IMG/VR virus record: IMGVR_UViG_3300045988_069188
Strand: one strand, 5' to 3'
DNA from: a virus
DNA length: 37,247 nt
The notes below the pieces were generated by a model that saw only the letters and a list, made by a program, of their open reading frames with translations, was not told the DNA's origin and did not search any database. This document shows, in pieces, positions 1-6,858 of the stretch. Each line of letters opens with the position of its first letter. Within the stretch, counting starts at the first letter, position 1. The translations under genes were made by a program, and so were the position numbers.

Positions 1-55
1 TGTTTCCGTAGAGGAAGCAGCAAAGGCTGGTAAGTTCTAAAAAAGCTAGTATTTA
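1..55. repeat. Terminal direct repeat, copy 1 (identical to 37193-37247)
   Basis: tgtttccgtagaggaagcagcaaaggctggtaagttctaaaaaagctagtattta occurs at both window ends, read directly from the sequence. Confidence 0.97.
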
Positions 56-97
56 TGCGGTCCCTGGTTCTGCTAGAATGTGCCAAAATTAGTGCGT

Positions 98-140
98 AAG
101 ACACAAATAAGACACAGGTAGAACACAGTCGTAGAACACA
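98..140 (+). repeat. Four direct TA(A/G)(G/A)ACACA repeats; putative integrase arm-type binding sites (one arm of attP)
   Basis: taagacaca at 98 and 108; tagaacaca at 119 and 132. All have the same orientation with 10-13 nt spacing, and lie next to the int 3' end. Confidence 0.55.
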
Positions 141-148
141 AATAATTG

Positions 149-179
149 CCCCGGGAGATTATATGTTCCCGGGGTTTTT
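149..179. terminator. Rho-independent terminator, probably bidirectional (ends the late/lysis transcript on + and int on -)
   Basis: 8-bp GC stem ccccggga (149-156) / tcccgggg (167-174), 10-nt loop, TTTTT at 175-179. The minus-strand side is followed by an A/T-rich stretch. It sits 5 nt beyond the int stop. Confidence 0.75.
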
Positions 180-183
180 GCTA

Positions 184-1242
184 TTATTGTATCAGTTCTA
201 TTTCCTCTTTTAATTGATCTAAAGTTCTGTGTGTATAAACTTTTTCTGTCACATCCTCGATAGAATGACCAACTATCAGCTTTATGATGTACTCATCCAT
301 GCCAGCATCTTTTGCCAATGTAATAAATGTATGTCTTGTATCGTGAGGGCGGTGGGAGAGTTTTAATTTTTCCATGACCTTATTCCAACGGCTTCTGTAT
401 TTGTCGTATGTCATGCACATACCAGACTGACTATCCGGATCATTGAATAAATAATCGGATTCCAATTCTTTAGCCTGATCTACTCGTTTTATGATCAGAT
501 CTCTTATTTTTGAATGAATAGGAACGCACCTGTTGCGCCCTGCATCAGTCTTAAGACCACCGAACATGGTATTATTTTTCAGGTCAATATCAGCTATTTT
601 CAAGATAGACAGTTCTTGTGGTCGCCATCCGCTGTATATACCAATTAGAATCATATCAACAACACCATAGTTTATGTTCTCCCAGAGTAGATCTATTTCC
701 TCTGGTGTAAATGGAACACGGATGATCTGAGGCTTTCCACGCTTGATGGAATCACACATCTGGGCATAGTTCTTATCAACAATTTCCAGCTTCATAGCAT
801 ATTTATAGAGCATGTTATAGAGAGATTTCATTCTTTGCTTCGTACTCTGACCGACATCTGCATCACGGATTGTTCCTTCCAAGTGATTTGATCGGATATC
901 TTTCATTCGCATGTCCCAGAGTGGCTTTGAATGATTGTAAGCAGATACCCATGTTCTTGCGGCAGATGGTACAATTTCCTGAAAATGTATATCTGACCAT
1001 TTTTTATATACTTCTGCAAATGTAATTGTATTGGTTTCTATATCGTATGGATTTTGATTGTAAGCAGACAGAGCAGCAAGAGCATCTTTTCTGGTAGGGT
1101 AGTAGCCGAGGGTGGAAAATAGCTGTTTAGCTTTTCCTGTTTGCTCGTCTACGGACCATCCTTTTGTAACTCTTACTCTCCATGGATTTCTACGTTTTCC
1201 TGACAATTTGGCAATACCGCCGTAGCCATTTGGTAGTTTCAT
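184..1242 (-). CDS. int: Tyrosine recombinase / phage integrase (353 aa from the ATG at 1242)
   Basis: C-terminal catalytic signature HDTRHTFITL...LIVGHS...VYTH. N-terminal KLPNGYGGI...RRNPWRVRV resembles the AP2-like arm-binding domain. GGAGGG RBS lies 8 nt upstream of the ATG at 1242. The 30 extra N-terminal codons in the ORF track lack an RBS. Confidence 0.95.
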   Translation of the reverse strand: MKLPNGYGGIAKLSGKRRNPWRVRVTKGWSVDEQTGKAKQLFSTLGYYPTRKDALAALSAYNQNPYDIETNTITFAEVYKKWSDIHFQEIVPSAARTWVSAYNHSKPLWDMRMKDIRSNHLEGTIRDADVGQSTKQRMKSLYNMLYKYAMKLEIVDKNYAQMCDSIKRGKPQIIRVPFTPEEIDLLWENINYGVVDMILIGIYSGWRPQELSILKIADIDLKNNTMFGGLKTDAGRNRCVPIHSKIRDLIIKRVDQAKELESDYLFNDPDSQSGMCMTYDKYRSRWNKVMEKLKLSHRPHDTRHTFITLAKDAGMDEYIIKLIVGHSIEDVTEKVYTHRTLDQLKEEIELIQ

Positions 1243-1356
1243 ATTATCCCTCCAAGTAAAAAGGGTATAAAAATACCCCTGTAAAAAATGGAAGGCTTGT
1301 GATATAATGTAGTTTGCTGATACGTTATTCATAAGCCTTCGGTTTGTGGGTAACTT

Positions 1357-1390
1357 CCCTCAGATGTTGGTAGCATCTGGGGGATTTTTT
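1357..1390 (+). terminator. Terminator-like hairpin oriented on the + strand inside the minus-strand lysogeny operon
   Basis: 10-bp stem ccctcagatg (1357-1366) / catctggggg (1374-1383, one G-U pair), 7-nt loop, TTTTTT at 1385-1390 on the + strand only. Confidence 0.4.
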
Positions 1391-1407
1391 ATAATATGAA
1401 GATGATA

Positions 1408-2976
1408 TTATTCATCCTCATCATCTGTCTCATTCTCTGTTGAATATTCAGAGGTATATGCTTCAGAACTTGACAGTGACTGTCTGTATTCTTCAGCAAG
1501 CATTGTTCTGTTGAACTCTGCAGTAGGGCAGATCTCATTTACAAGTTCTTCAAGTTCATCTATTGATACATTAAAGAACTCTTTTCTAAGATTTACCTTG
1601 TTTACTCTGCGATCATTAAGTCTCTTGTGAAGTTCGGTTTCAAGACCGGAAGCGTCATCAGAGAAAATAAAGCTGTGTACATCAAATTTGAACGGAACAG
1701 AAGCATCTCCAAGTTCATTAACTCTATCCTGTGGATTTATTCTTCTTGTCATTCCCACTTTGAATACATTCTCACCAAATGAACCCAAGTTGCTGATAAT
1801 ATAAACATTACCAGCTTTACCATTTTGCAACTTTGCTATTTCATCCTTTTTGATTGTTACATCTGCAAGCTGAGCCTGCAGTTCAAGGATACGAGCTTGC
1901 AGAGCAGCAAGGGCTTCACCCTCTGAAGCTTCCGCCTGTTCTTTGAGGGAAGATATCTGATTCTCATATTTTGACTCTTCAAGCTCCACTTTTTTACGTT
2001 CGGCCTCAAGGGCCTTGCGCTCCTCTGCCTCCTGATGCATCTGCTCTTTGATTGCAAGCTGTTCTTGCTTTGCCTGTTCTTTCTTGACGTAGTAGTTATA
2101 CTCTATCTTTGCAGCATTAATGAAAAGATATTCCATTTCACCTATGAACTTAGTAAGAGTTCCAGCAATTGTTTGATTACCTTCAGCTGCAATCTTTAGA
2201 TACTTAGCACAGATATCTTTTATTTGTTCAATACCGTTGTCAAGCTTGTCATATTTTAAATTGTACAAGACGTTCTGCATCTCAGATTCCAGCCCCTTGA
2301 CAATGAGGTCGTAAATCGTTTTGTTGGCTTTAGTAGTGTATCTGATAGCATATTGCTGTCTGAGAGTGTCAATGGATTTCTCATTTTCTCTGTATGCTTT
2401 TCGCAAGCTTTTTATATCCATACAATGTAATTTAAGGATAACAGATGGGGCAATGAGATTAGCATCCTCAATATCTGATTGGCTAATTCGACATTCGTTA
2501 TATGGAATGTCAGCAGTAATGAAGTTATCTAATGCATATTCAATACTGCTGTAGATCTCCTTAGCACGAGAGATCTTTCGCTCCTGGGTCGCTACTGATT
2601 TTTGCAGTTTATCATCTTTTGCCTGAAGTGTAGCAATGTCTGAACGCAATTTATCTATAGTGGCAAGGTTTTCGGATATTTCGGCATTCACCTGGTTAAG
2701 CTTAGCCATCGACTGCTGATGGTCATGCACCCCTAAATTCTGCATAGTCTTATTCATGTCTTGCATTGCTTGATTCATCTGAGCATTCTGGGCCGCAAGT
2801 TGGGCATTCTGTTGACTAATTTGTTGATTGGTATCTTTTTGTTTCTTTTCGTCCAAGGCCTTCATTATCATCAATACTATGCCGCCGATTGCTGGAAGTA
2901 TAAGAAACCAGCATGCGCATAGAATAGCAATAAACCATGTACTTAAATACCATTTGTTTTCTTGTTTTTGATTCAT
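1408..2976 (-). CDS. Membrane-anchored coiled-coil protein with DUF4041-like middle region and C-terminal T5orf172 (GIY-YIG superfamily, MUG113-like) domain
   Basis: 522 aa. Hydrophobic helix at aa 12-38 (STWFIAILCACWFLILPAIGGIVLMIM), then a Q/N-rich segment and long heptad-like regions. Aa 389-482 read GNVYIISNLGSFGENVFKVGMTRRINPQDRVNELG...PFKF...ELH..L...R...EFF, typical of T5orf172. GGGAGAG RBS; starts 24 nt after the upstream gene stop. Confidence 0.8.
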   Translation of the reverse strand: MNQKQENKWYLSTWFIAILCACWFLILPAIGGIVLMIMKALDEKKQKDTNQQISQQNAQLAAQNAQMNQAMQDMNKTMQNLGVHDHQQSMAKLNQVNAEISENLATIDKLRSDIATLQAKDDKLQKSVATQERKISRAKEIYSSIEYALDNFITADIPYNECRISQSDIEDANLIAPSVILKLHCMDIKSLRKAYRENEKSIDTLRQQYAIRYTTKANKTIYDLIVKGLESEMQNVLYNLKYDKLDNGIEQIKDICAKYLKIAAEGNQTIAGTLTKFIGEMEYLFINAAKIEYNYYVKKEQAKQEQLAIKEQMHQEAEERKALEAERKKVELEESKYENQISSLKEQAEASEGEALAALQARILELQAQLADVTIKKDEIAKLQNGKAGNVYIISNLGSFGENVFKVGMTRRINPQDRVNELGDASVPFKFDVHSFIFSDDASGLETELHKRLNDRRVNKVNLRKEFFNVSIDELEELVNEICPTAEFNRTMLAEEYRQSLSSSEAYTSEYSTENETDDEDE

Positions 2977-3000
2977 TGAATCTCTCCCTTCATTTGTTAA

Positions 3001-3231
3001 TTATTTTTGCAACCCATGTGCATAAGCCTCAATGGTATCTACAGAGCTAGTGTGTTTATCGAAGTCTGCTCTGATGATATGGTTGAGTGCATGGATATAA
3101 GCATCGTTAAGCTGCTCCTGTGTGAATCGTGTATTAAGAAAGATAGTATATGAACCATCTTCATTGCAGGTAACAGTTTCTTTAACTTTTGTAGTCTTCA
3201 GATCCATCATCTGTACATTTATATCATACAA
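3001..3231 (-). CDS. Small ImmA/IrrE-like protein with a degenerate zincin motif (HALNH instead of HExxH)
   Basis: 76 aa, immediately downstream of the XRE repressor as in immR-immA operons. DGSYTIFLNTRFTQEQLNDAYIHALNHIIRADFDK matches the short ImmA-like layout, but the catalytic Glu position is Ala. Confidence 0.5.
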   Translation of the reverse strand: MYDINVQMMDLKTTKVKETVTCNEDGSYTIFLNTRFTQEQLNDAYIHALNHIIRADFDKHTSSVDTIEAYAHGLQK

Positions 3232-3301
3232 TTAACTCATCCCCCTTGTAACATAGTCGTAGATACAATAACAAATACCGTGGGATGTTTTTTGTACATT
3301 A

Positions 3302-3685
3302 TTATCGTTTCTCTTTATTCTTGAGAGCCATGAGCATTGTGTGAACTGTCTCCAAGTCCTCTGGCTCTGCGTCCCTTGCGGCATCGAAGAGAAGAGAGAG
3401 TTGCTTGTTTTCAAAGATCTCCTGTGCCTTTTTAGCTGTTTCATCGTCGAAGTAATATGCAGGTTTTGGTTGATCTTCCATATCAAATCCCATTAACCAC
3501 ATTGCATTTACTTGTAGAACCTGAGCAAGTTTTGGAGCTGATATATTAGATGGCTTATGGCTACCATTTACATATTGACTTATTGATGCTTTACTTACAC
3601 CACTTTTGTCTGCAAGTTCCTGCGCATTTATATTTATGTTATTCATTGCTTGTTTTAATCGATTAGCAGTTACTGGCCATTTCAT
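3302..3685 (-). CDS. XRE-family HTH repressor (CI/ImmR-like); no S24 peptidase domain
   Basis: 127 aa. N-terminal HTH_3 pattern LKQAMNNININAQELADKSGVSKASISQYVNGSHKPS...LAQVLQVNAMWLMG. AAAGGAGGA RBS. Divergent from the Cro-like gene. Confidence 0.92.
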   Translation of the reverse strand: MKWPVTANRLKQAMNNININAQELADKSGVSKASISQYVNGSHKPSNISAPKLAQVLQVNAMWLMGFDMEDQPKPAYYFDDETAKKAQEIFENKQLSLLFDAARDAEPEDLETVHTMLMALKNKEKR

Positions 3686-3717
3686 ATATTGTATCCTCCT
3701 TTTATTAGTATAATAGG

Positions 3718-3746
3718 ATTATACAACATCGTTTAACTAAAATCAA
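3718..3746 (-). promoter_or_regulatory. Putative repressor (lysogeny) promoter
   Basis: On the minus strand: TTGATT (3746-3741), 17-nt spacer, TATAAT (3723-3718). The spacer contains the operator half-site tagttaaac. Confidence 0.6.
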
Positions 3747-3837
3747 ACAAAAAGTTAAAAAACTTTAAACTTTAGGCTTGACTTTTTAGTTAAACGGAGT
3801 TAAACTTACACTAAAGTTAAATGAAGTTTAACAAATA
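3731..3837. promoter_or_regulatory. Cluster of GTTAAAC/GTTTAAC operator-like motifs in the genetic switch region
   Basis: gtttaacta at 3731-3739; GTTAAA-n4-TTTAAAC at 3754-3770; agttaaacggagttaaac at 3788-3806; palindromic agttaaatgaagtttaacaaata at 3815-3837. Confidence 0.65.
3778..3806 (+). promoter_or_regulatory. Putative early lytic (rightward) promoter
   Basis: TTGACT (3778-3783), 17-nt spacer, TAAACT (3801-3806). It overlaps the agttaaacggagttaaac operator-like repeat. Confidence 0.5.
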
Positions 3838-3858
3838 TACGAGATGGGAGGTGCGAAT

Positions 3859-4065
3859 ATGCCATATCAGTATGATAAGCTGAGAGGAAGAATAGTAGAA
3901 CGCTATGGAACACAGGGTAATTTTGCAAATGCATTAGGTTTATCAAGTAATTCTGTATCAAAAAAGTTAAATTGTAAAACTGGATTCACTCAGGAAGAGA
4001 TGAATAAGTGGGCTGAATTACTCGATATTAACTTAAATGAGTATCCTGATTATTTTTTTGCCTAA
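3859..4065 (+). CDS. Cro-like small HTH regulator (DUF739-like)
   Basis: 68 aa from the ATG at 3859, with GGGAGGTG RBS 5 nt upstream. YDKLRGRIVERYGTQGNFANALGLSSNSVSKKLNCKTGFTQEEMNKWAELL resembles the Cro/DUF739 family of Firmicutes phages. Divergent from the repressor. Confidence 0.8.
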   Translation: MPYQYDKLRGRIVERYGTQGNFANALGLSSNSVSKKLNCKTGFTQEEMNKWAELLDINLNEYPDYFFA

Positions 4066-4067
4066 AA

Positions 4068-4090
4068 AGTTAAACGGTGTTTAACAAATA
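4068..4090. promoter_or_regulatory. Distal operator-like palindrome (20/23 identical to 3815-3837)
   Basis: agttaaacggtgtttaacaaata contains the perfect inverted repeat GTTAAAC-ggt-GTTTAAC. It lies between the Cro-like gene and the next gene. Confidence 0.55.
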
Positions 4091-4121
4091 AGGATAGAAA
4101 GAATGGATAGAAAGGAGAGGC

Positions 4122-4430
4122 ATGAGCAAGCTAGGTGATGCGATAAAAGAAAGTTATGACAGAAAACGGCTGTATGAAGTCTGGGGTGGGATAAAGCAAA
4201 GGTGCTATAACCCAAACAACAAGGACTATCAATATTATGGCAAACGAGGAATCCGGATGTGTAAAGAATGGAAAGATGATTTTGATTCATTCTTTGAGTA
4301 TGTGTCTAAGCTTTCAAATTTTGGAAAAGATGGATACACGATAGACCGCAAGGATAATAACGGAGACTATGGGCCTGGAAATATTCGATGGGCTAGCGTT
4401 GAACAGCAGAACAATAACAGGCGGATTTAA
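4122..4430 (+). CDS. Conserved phage protein of unknown function (HNH/AP2-like DNA-binding family)
   Basis: 102 aa. RLYEVWGGIKQRCYNPNNKDYQYYGKRGIRMCKEWKDDF...YTIDRKDNNGDYGPGNIRWASVEQQNNNRR is a motif pattern common in Firmicutes phage early regions. AAAGGAGAGG RBS. Confidence 0.6.
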   Translation: MSKLGDAIKESYDRKRLYEVWGGIKQRCYNPNNKDYQYYGKRGIRMCKEWKDDFDSFFEYVSKLSNFGKDGYTIDRKDNNGDYGPGNIRWASVEQQNNNRRI

Positions 4431-4443
4431 AGAAAGGAGAGAC

Positions 4444-4656
4444 ATGATAAAGAAGATAACACCGAATCAGGCGGCTGAAGTGATGGGATGCTCCCCTCAG
4501 TTTATCCGGATTGGAATGCAGAGAAACTTATTGGATATAGGTGATGCGATCAAGATGTCAAGCATCTGGACTTACAACATTTCTCCCGGGAAGCTTGCGG
4601 CGAGACAGGGCATCACAATAGAGCAGTTAAATGATCTCATAAAGGCTATGGGATGA
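4444..4656 (+). CDS. Small HTH DNA-binding protein (MerR/excisionase-like); possible Xis
   Basis: 70 aa from the ATG at 4444, with AAGGAGAG RBS. ITPNQAAEVMGCSPQFIRIGMQRN is an HTH_17-like pattern. The upstream part of the track ORF overlaps the previous gene and lacks an RBS. Confidence 0.5.
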   Translation: MIKKITPNQAAEVMGCSPQFIRIGMQRNLLDIGDAIKMSSIWTYNISPGKLAARQGITIEQLNDLIKAMG

Positions 4657-4671
4657 AAGAAAAGGGGTGAG

Positions 4672-4881
4672 TTGGTAGTGAAAAAGAAGATATGTAAATG
4701 TGCTGTTGGAATCATGTTCTTTATTGGCTTCATGCTTATATATGGAGCGGCAAGCTCTGTGGCATTTGTGGAAGAAATGAGGATCATGGAACCGTGGTAT
4801 GCGCACCTTGGACAGGCATTTGTCGGAGTGCTGCTGACACTCCCTTATCTGGTAGGCAGGAGAAAAGCATGGTTGAGATGA
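4672..4881 (+). CDS. Small two-TM membrane protein, function unknown
   Basis: 69 aa with TTG start after AAAGGGGTGAG. Two hydrophobic segments: CAVGIMFFIGFMLIYGAASSVAF and LGQAFVGVLLTLPYLV. Confidence 0.5.
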   Translation: MVVKKKICKCAVGIMFFIGFMLIYGAASSVAFVEEMRIMEPWYAHLGQAFVGVLLTLPYLVGRRKAWLR

Positions 4882-5516
4882 AAGTGTTATCAAGCCATTC
4901 TTCATGGCTCAAGGCAAGAACAAAGATAGGTGGTTCGGATGCTTCGGCTATTGTGGGAATGAACCAATATAAAAGCAATGTGGAGCTTTGGAAAGAAAAA
5001 GCATATGGAATTGAACCGGTGGATATATCGGATAAGCCATATGTGAAATATGGAACAGAAGCTGAGCCGCTTCTCAGGGAATTGTTCAAATTGGACTATC
5101 CGGAATACCAGGTGTGTTATGAAGAAAATAACATCTGGTTCAATGACAAGTATCCGTGGGCGCATGCATCTCTTGATGGCTGGCTCATAGATCAGGATGG
5201 TCGTAAAGGCATATGGGAATGTAAGACGACGAATATCTTACAGTCCATGCAAAAAGAGAAGTGGGATCACAGGATACCGGATAACTATTACATACAGGTG
5301 TTGCATTACCTGATGGTAACAGAGTTTGACTTTGTGGTACTTAAGGCACAGCTTAAATCTGTATATGGAGAGAATGTGTACTTACAGACAAGACATTATC
5401 CGATAGAGCGGTCGGAGGTTGAAGAAGATATCAAGTATCTGATTGAGGAAGAATCAAAGTTCTGGGAGCATGTACAGATGAAAAAAGCACCGGCACTGAA
5501 ATTACCGGAAATATAG
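4869..5516 (+). CDS. YqaJ-like (lambda Exo-type) recombination exonuclease
   Basis: 215 aa from the ATG at 4869, with AGGAG RBS. SWLKARTKIGGSDASAIVG...YGTEAEPLLRE...ASLDGWL....GIWECKTT...YYIQVLHYLMVT matches YqaJ/PD-(D/E)xK exonuclease motifs. Paired with RecT downstream. Confidence 0.88.
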   Translation: MVEMKVLSSHSSWLKARTKIGGSDASAIVGMNQYKSNVELWKEKAYGIEPVDISDKPYVKYGTEAEPLLRELFKLDYPEYQVCYEENNIWFNDKYPWAHASLDGWLIDQDGRKGIWECKTTNILQSMQKEKWDHRIPDNYYIQVLHYLMVTEFDFVVLKAQLKSVYGENVYLQTRHYPIERSEVEEDIKYLIEEESKFWEHVQMKKAPALKLPEI

Positions 5517-5534
5517 TAAAGGGGTGAGAGAAAA

Positions 5535-5702
5535 ATGTATTACAAAATTTGCAGTAACTGTGGAGCGAATCTTGATCCGGGAGAGCGATGCGACTGTGAA
5601 GAGGAGAGACAGAAACAGACAGACCGGATCATTAGCATGATGAAAATGAACAAAGATGGTCAGTATGAACTGGCTATGGTGGGAGGATGTACATGGAATT
5701 AA
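5535..5702 (+). CDS. Small zinc-ribbon protein (55 aa, not in the ORF track)
   Basis: MYYKICSNCGANLDPGERCDCEEE... has CxxC...CxC. GGGGTGAGAG RBS lies 5 nt upstream. It fills the gap between exo and DUF1351. Confidence 0.55.
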   Translation: MYYKICSNCGANLDPGERCDCEEERQKQTDRIISMMKMNKDGQYELAMVGGCTWN

Positions 5703-6586
5703 GAGTGAATGAGGTAATAATACCGGAGGAGATTAAAGTTTCAAACTTTGAAGAACTTAAGGCTGAACTTGAGGATAAGGCTGAATACTATGGATCTCTT
5801 TTATATACAGATGAGCAGATCAAGGATGCTAAGGCAGATAGAGCAATGCTGAACAAATTTAAGAATACAGTGAACTCTGAACGTATCAAAAAAGAGAAGG
5901 AATATATGAATCCGTTCAATCAGTTTAAGTCTCAGATTAATGAGCTCATAGCAATCGTTGATAAGCCTATTGCAGTGATAGATGAGAGAATTGCTGCTTA
6001 CAATGATGAACAGAAAGCACAGAAGAAGAAAGCTATTGAAGAACTGTTTGCCGGCATGGGCTTTCAGAGTTTCGTTACACTTGAAAAGATTTGGGATCCG
6101 AAGTGGCTTAATGCTTCGGTATCAATGAAGAGTATTGAAGAGCAGATGCGGTCAAGAATGTACCAGATTGGTGATGATGTGCTGACACTTCATAATTTGC
6201 CGGAATTTGGCTTTGAGGCGACAGAGGTATACAAGCAGACACTTGATATAAATAAAGCCATCAAAGAGGCACAGAGAATGGCGGAAATTGCAAAGGCAAA
6301 GGCTGAAGCTGCGGCTAAAAAGAAAGCAGCAGAAGAGGCACGAAAGGCAGAGGAAGAACGCAAGGCAGAGGAAGAACGCAAGGCAAAGGAGATCAAAGAA
6401 GAACAGAGGGTAATTGTACCGACAGAACCGCATGAGCAGGCTGTGACACCGCCAGAACCGGTGCAGAGTGCTGACAGCACACAGGAGAGAATGGTAGTCA
6501 GATTTGAGGTATTGCTCACAACGGAAGATGCTTATGCATTGAAAGAGTTCTTTAAGAGCAGGAGCATAGAATTTAAAGCTATTTAG
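5693..6586 (+). CDS. DUF1351-family phage protein (RecT-associated), with a charged K/A/E repeat
   Basis: MELRVNEVIIPEEIKVSNFEELKAELEDKAEYYGSLLYTDEQIKDAKADRAMLNK is the typical DUF1351 N-terminus. GGGAGG lies 6 nt before the ATG at 5693; the ATG at 5687 is also possible. Confidence 0.8.
   Translation: MELRVNEVIIPEEIKVSNFEELKAELEDKAEYYGSLLYTDEQIKDAKADRAMLNKFKNTVNSERIKKEKEYMNPFNQFKSQINELIAIVDKPIAVIDERIAAYNDEQKAQKKKAIEELFAGMGFQSFVTLEKIWDPKWLNASVSMKSIEEQMRSRMYQIGDDVLTLHNLPEFGFEATEVYKQTLDINKAIKEAQRMAEIAKAKAEAAAKKKAAEEARKAEEERKAEEERKAKEIKEEQRVIVPTEPHEQAVTPPEPVQSADSTQERMVVRFEVLLTTEDAYALKEFFKSRSIEFKAI
6344..6385 (+). repeat. Tandem 18-bp coding repeat (aaggcagaggaagaacgc x2 plus a partial copy) encoding KAEEER repeats
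   Basis: Read directly; lies within the DUF1351 gene. Confidence 0.8.
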
Positions 6587-6597
6587 GAGGAAAAAGC

Positions 6598-6858
6598 ATG
6601 ATAGAGGTAAAAGGAAATCAATTGAGAATGGAAGGTTCTGAGGATGAAGTAGAATCACAGGTAGCTGCTGTTTTGGCAGGATACACACGATTCTTATATA
6701 AAAACTATCCACCGTGTGTTGCAAAAGAGAAATTAGACAAGGTTATAAAACTTGGTTCTTTTACAGATGAGGAACTTGACGATGAGATTAAGAAAGCAAA
6801 GGAAAAACTTAATCAGTTGTTACATGAACTTTTTAGCTTTAATGAGGAGAAGAAATAA
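6598..6858 (+). CDS. Hypothetical protein
   Basis: 86 aa with AGGAGGAAAAAGC-ATG RBS. Stop overlaps the recT start (ATAATG). Confidence 0.6.
   Translation: MIEVKGNQLRMEGSEDEVESQVAAVLAGYTRFLYKNYPPCVAKEKLDKVIKLGSFTDEELDDEIKKAKEKLNQLLHELFSFNEEKK

Noticed and set aside
56-97. tRNA-like fragment (ggtccctggttc...gtgcca) that could mark a tRNA attachment site
   Set aside because: No T-stem complementarity around the GGTTC and no acceptor-stem pairing, so it does not fold as a tRNA 3' half.
1243-1332. N-terminal 30-codon extension of the integrase ORF (and the analogous extension 4698-4868 of the exonuclease ORF)
   Set aside because: Internal ATGs at 1242 and 4869 have proper SD sequences and coincide with the start of the conserved domains. 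The extensions have no RBS, and the second overlaps another plausible gene.
6152-6724. 190-aa and 109-aa minus-strand ORFs (6152-6724, 6190-6519)
   Set aside because: They are antisense to the DUF1351 gene and its charged repeat, with Cys/Leu/Phe-rich nonsense-like composition and no RBS.
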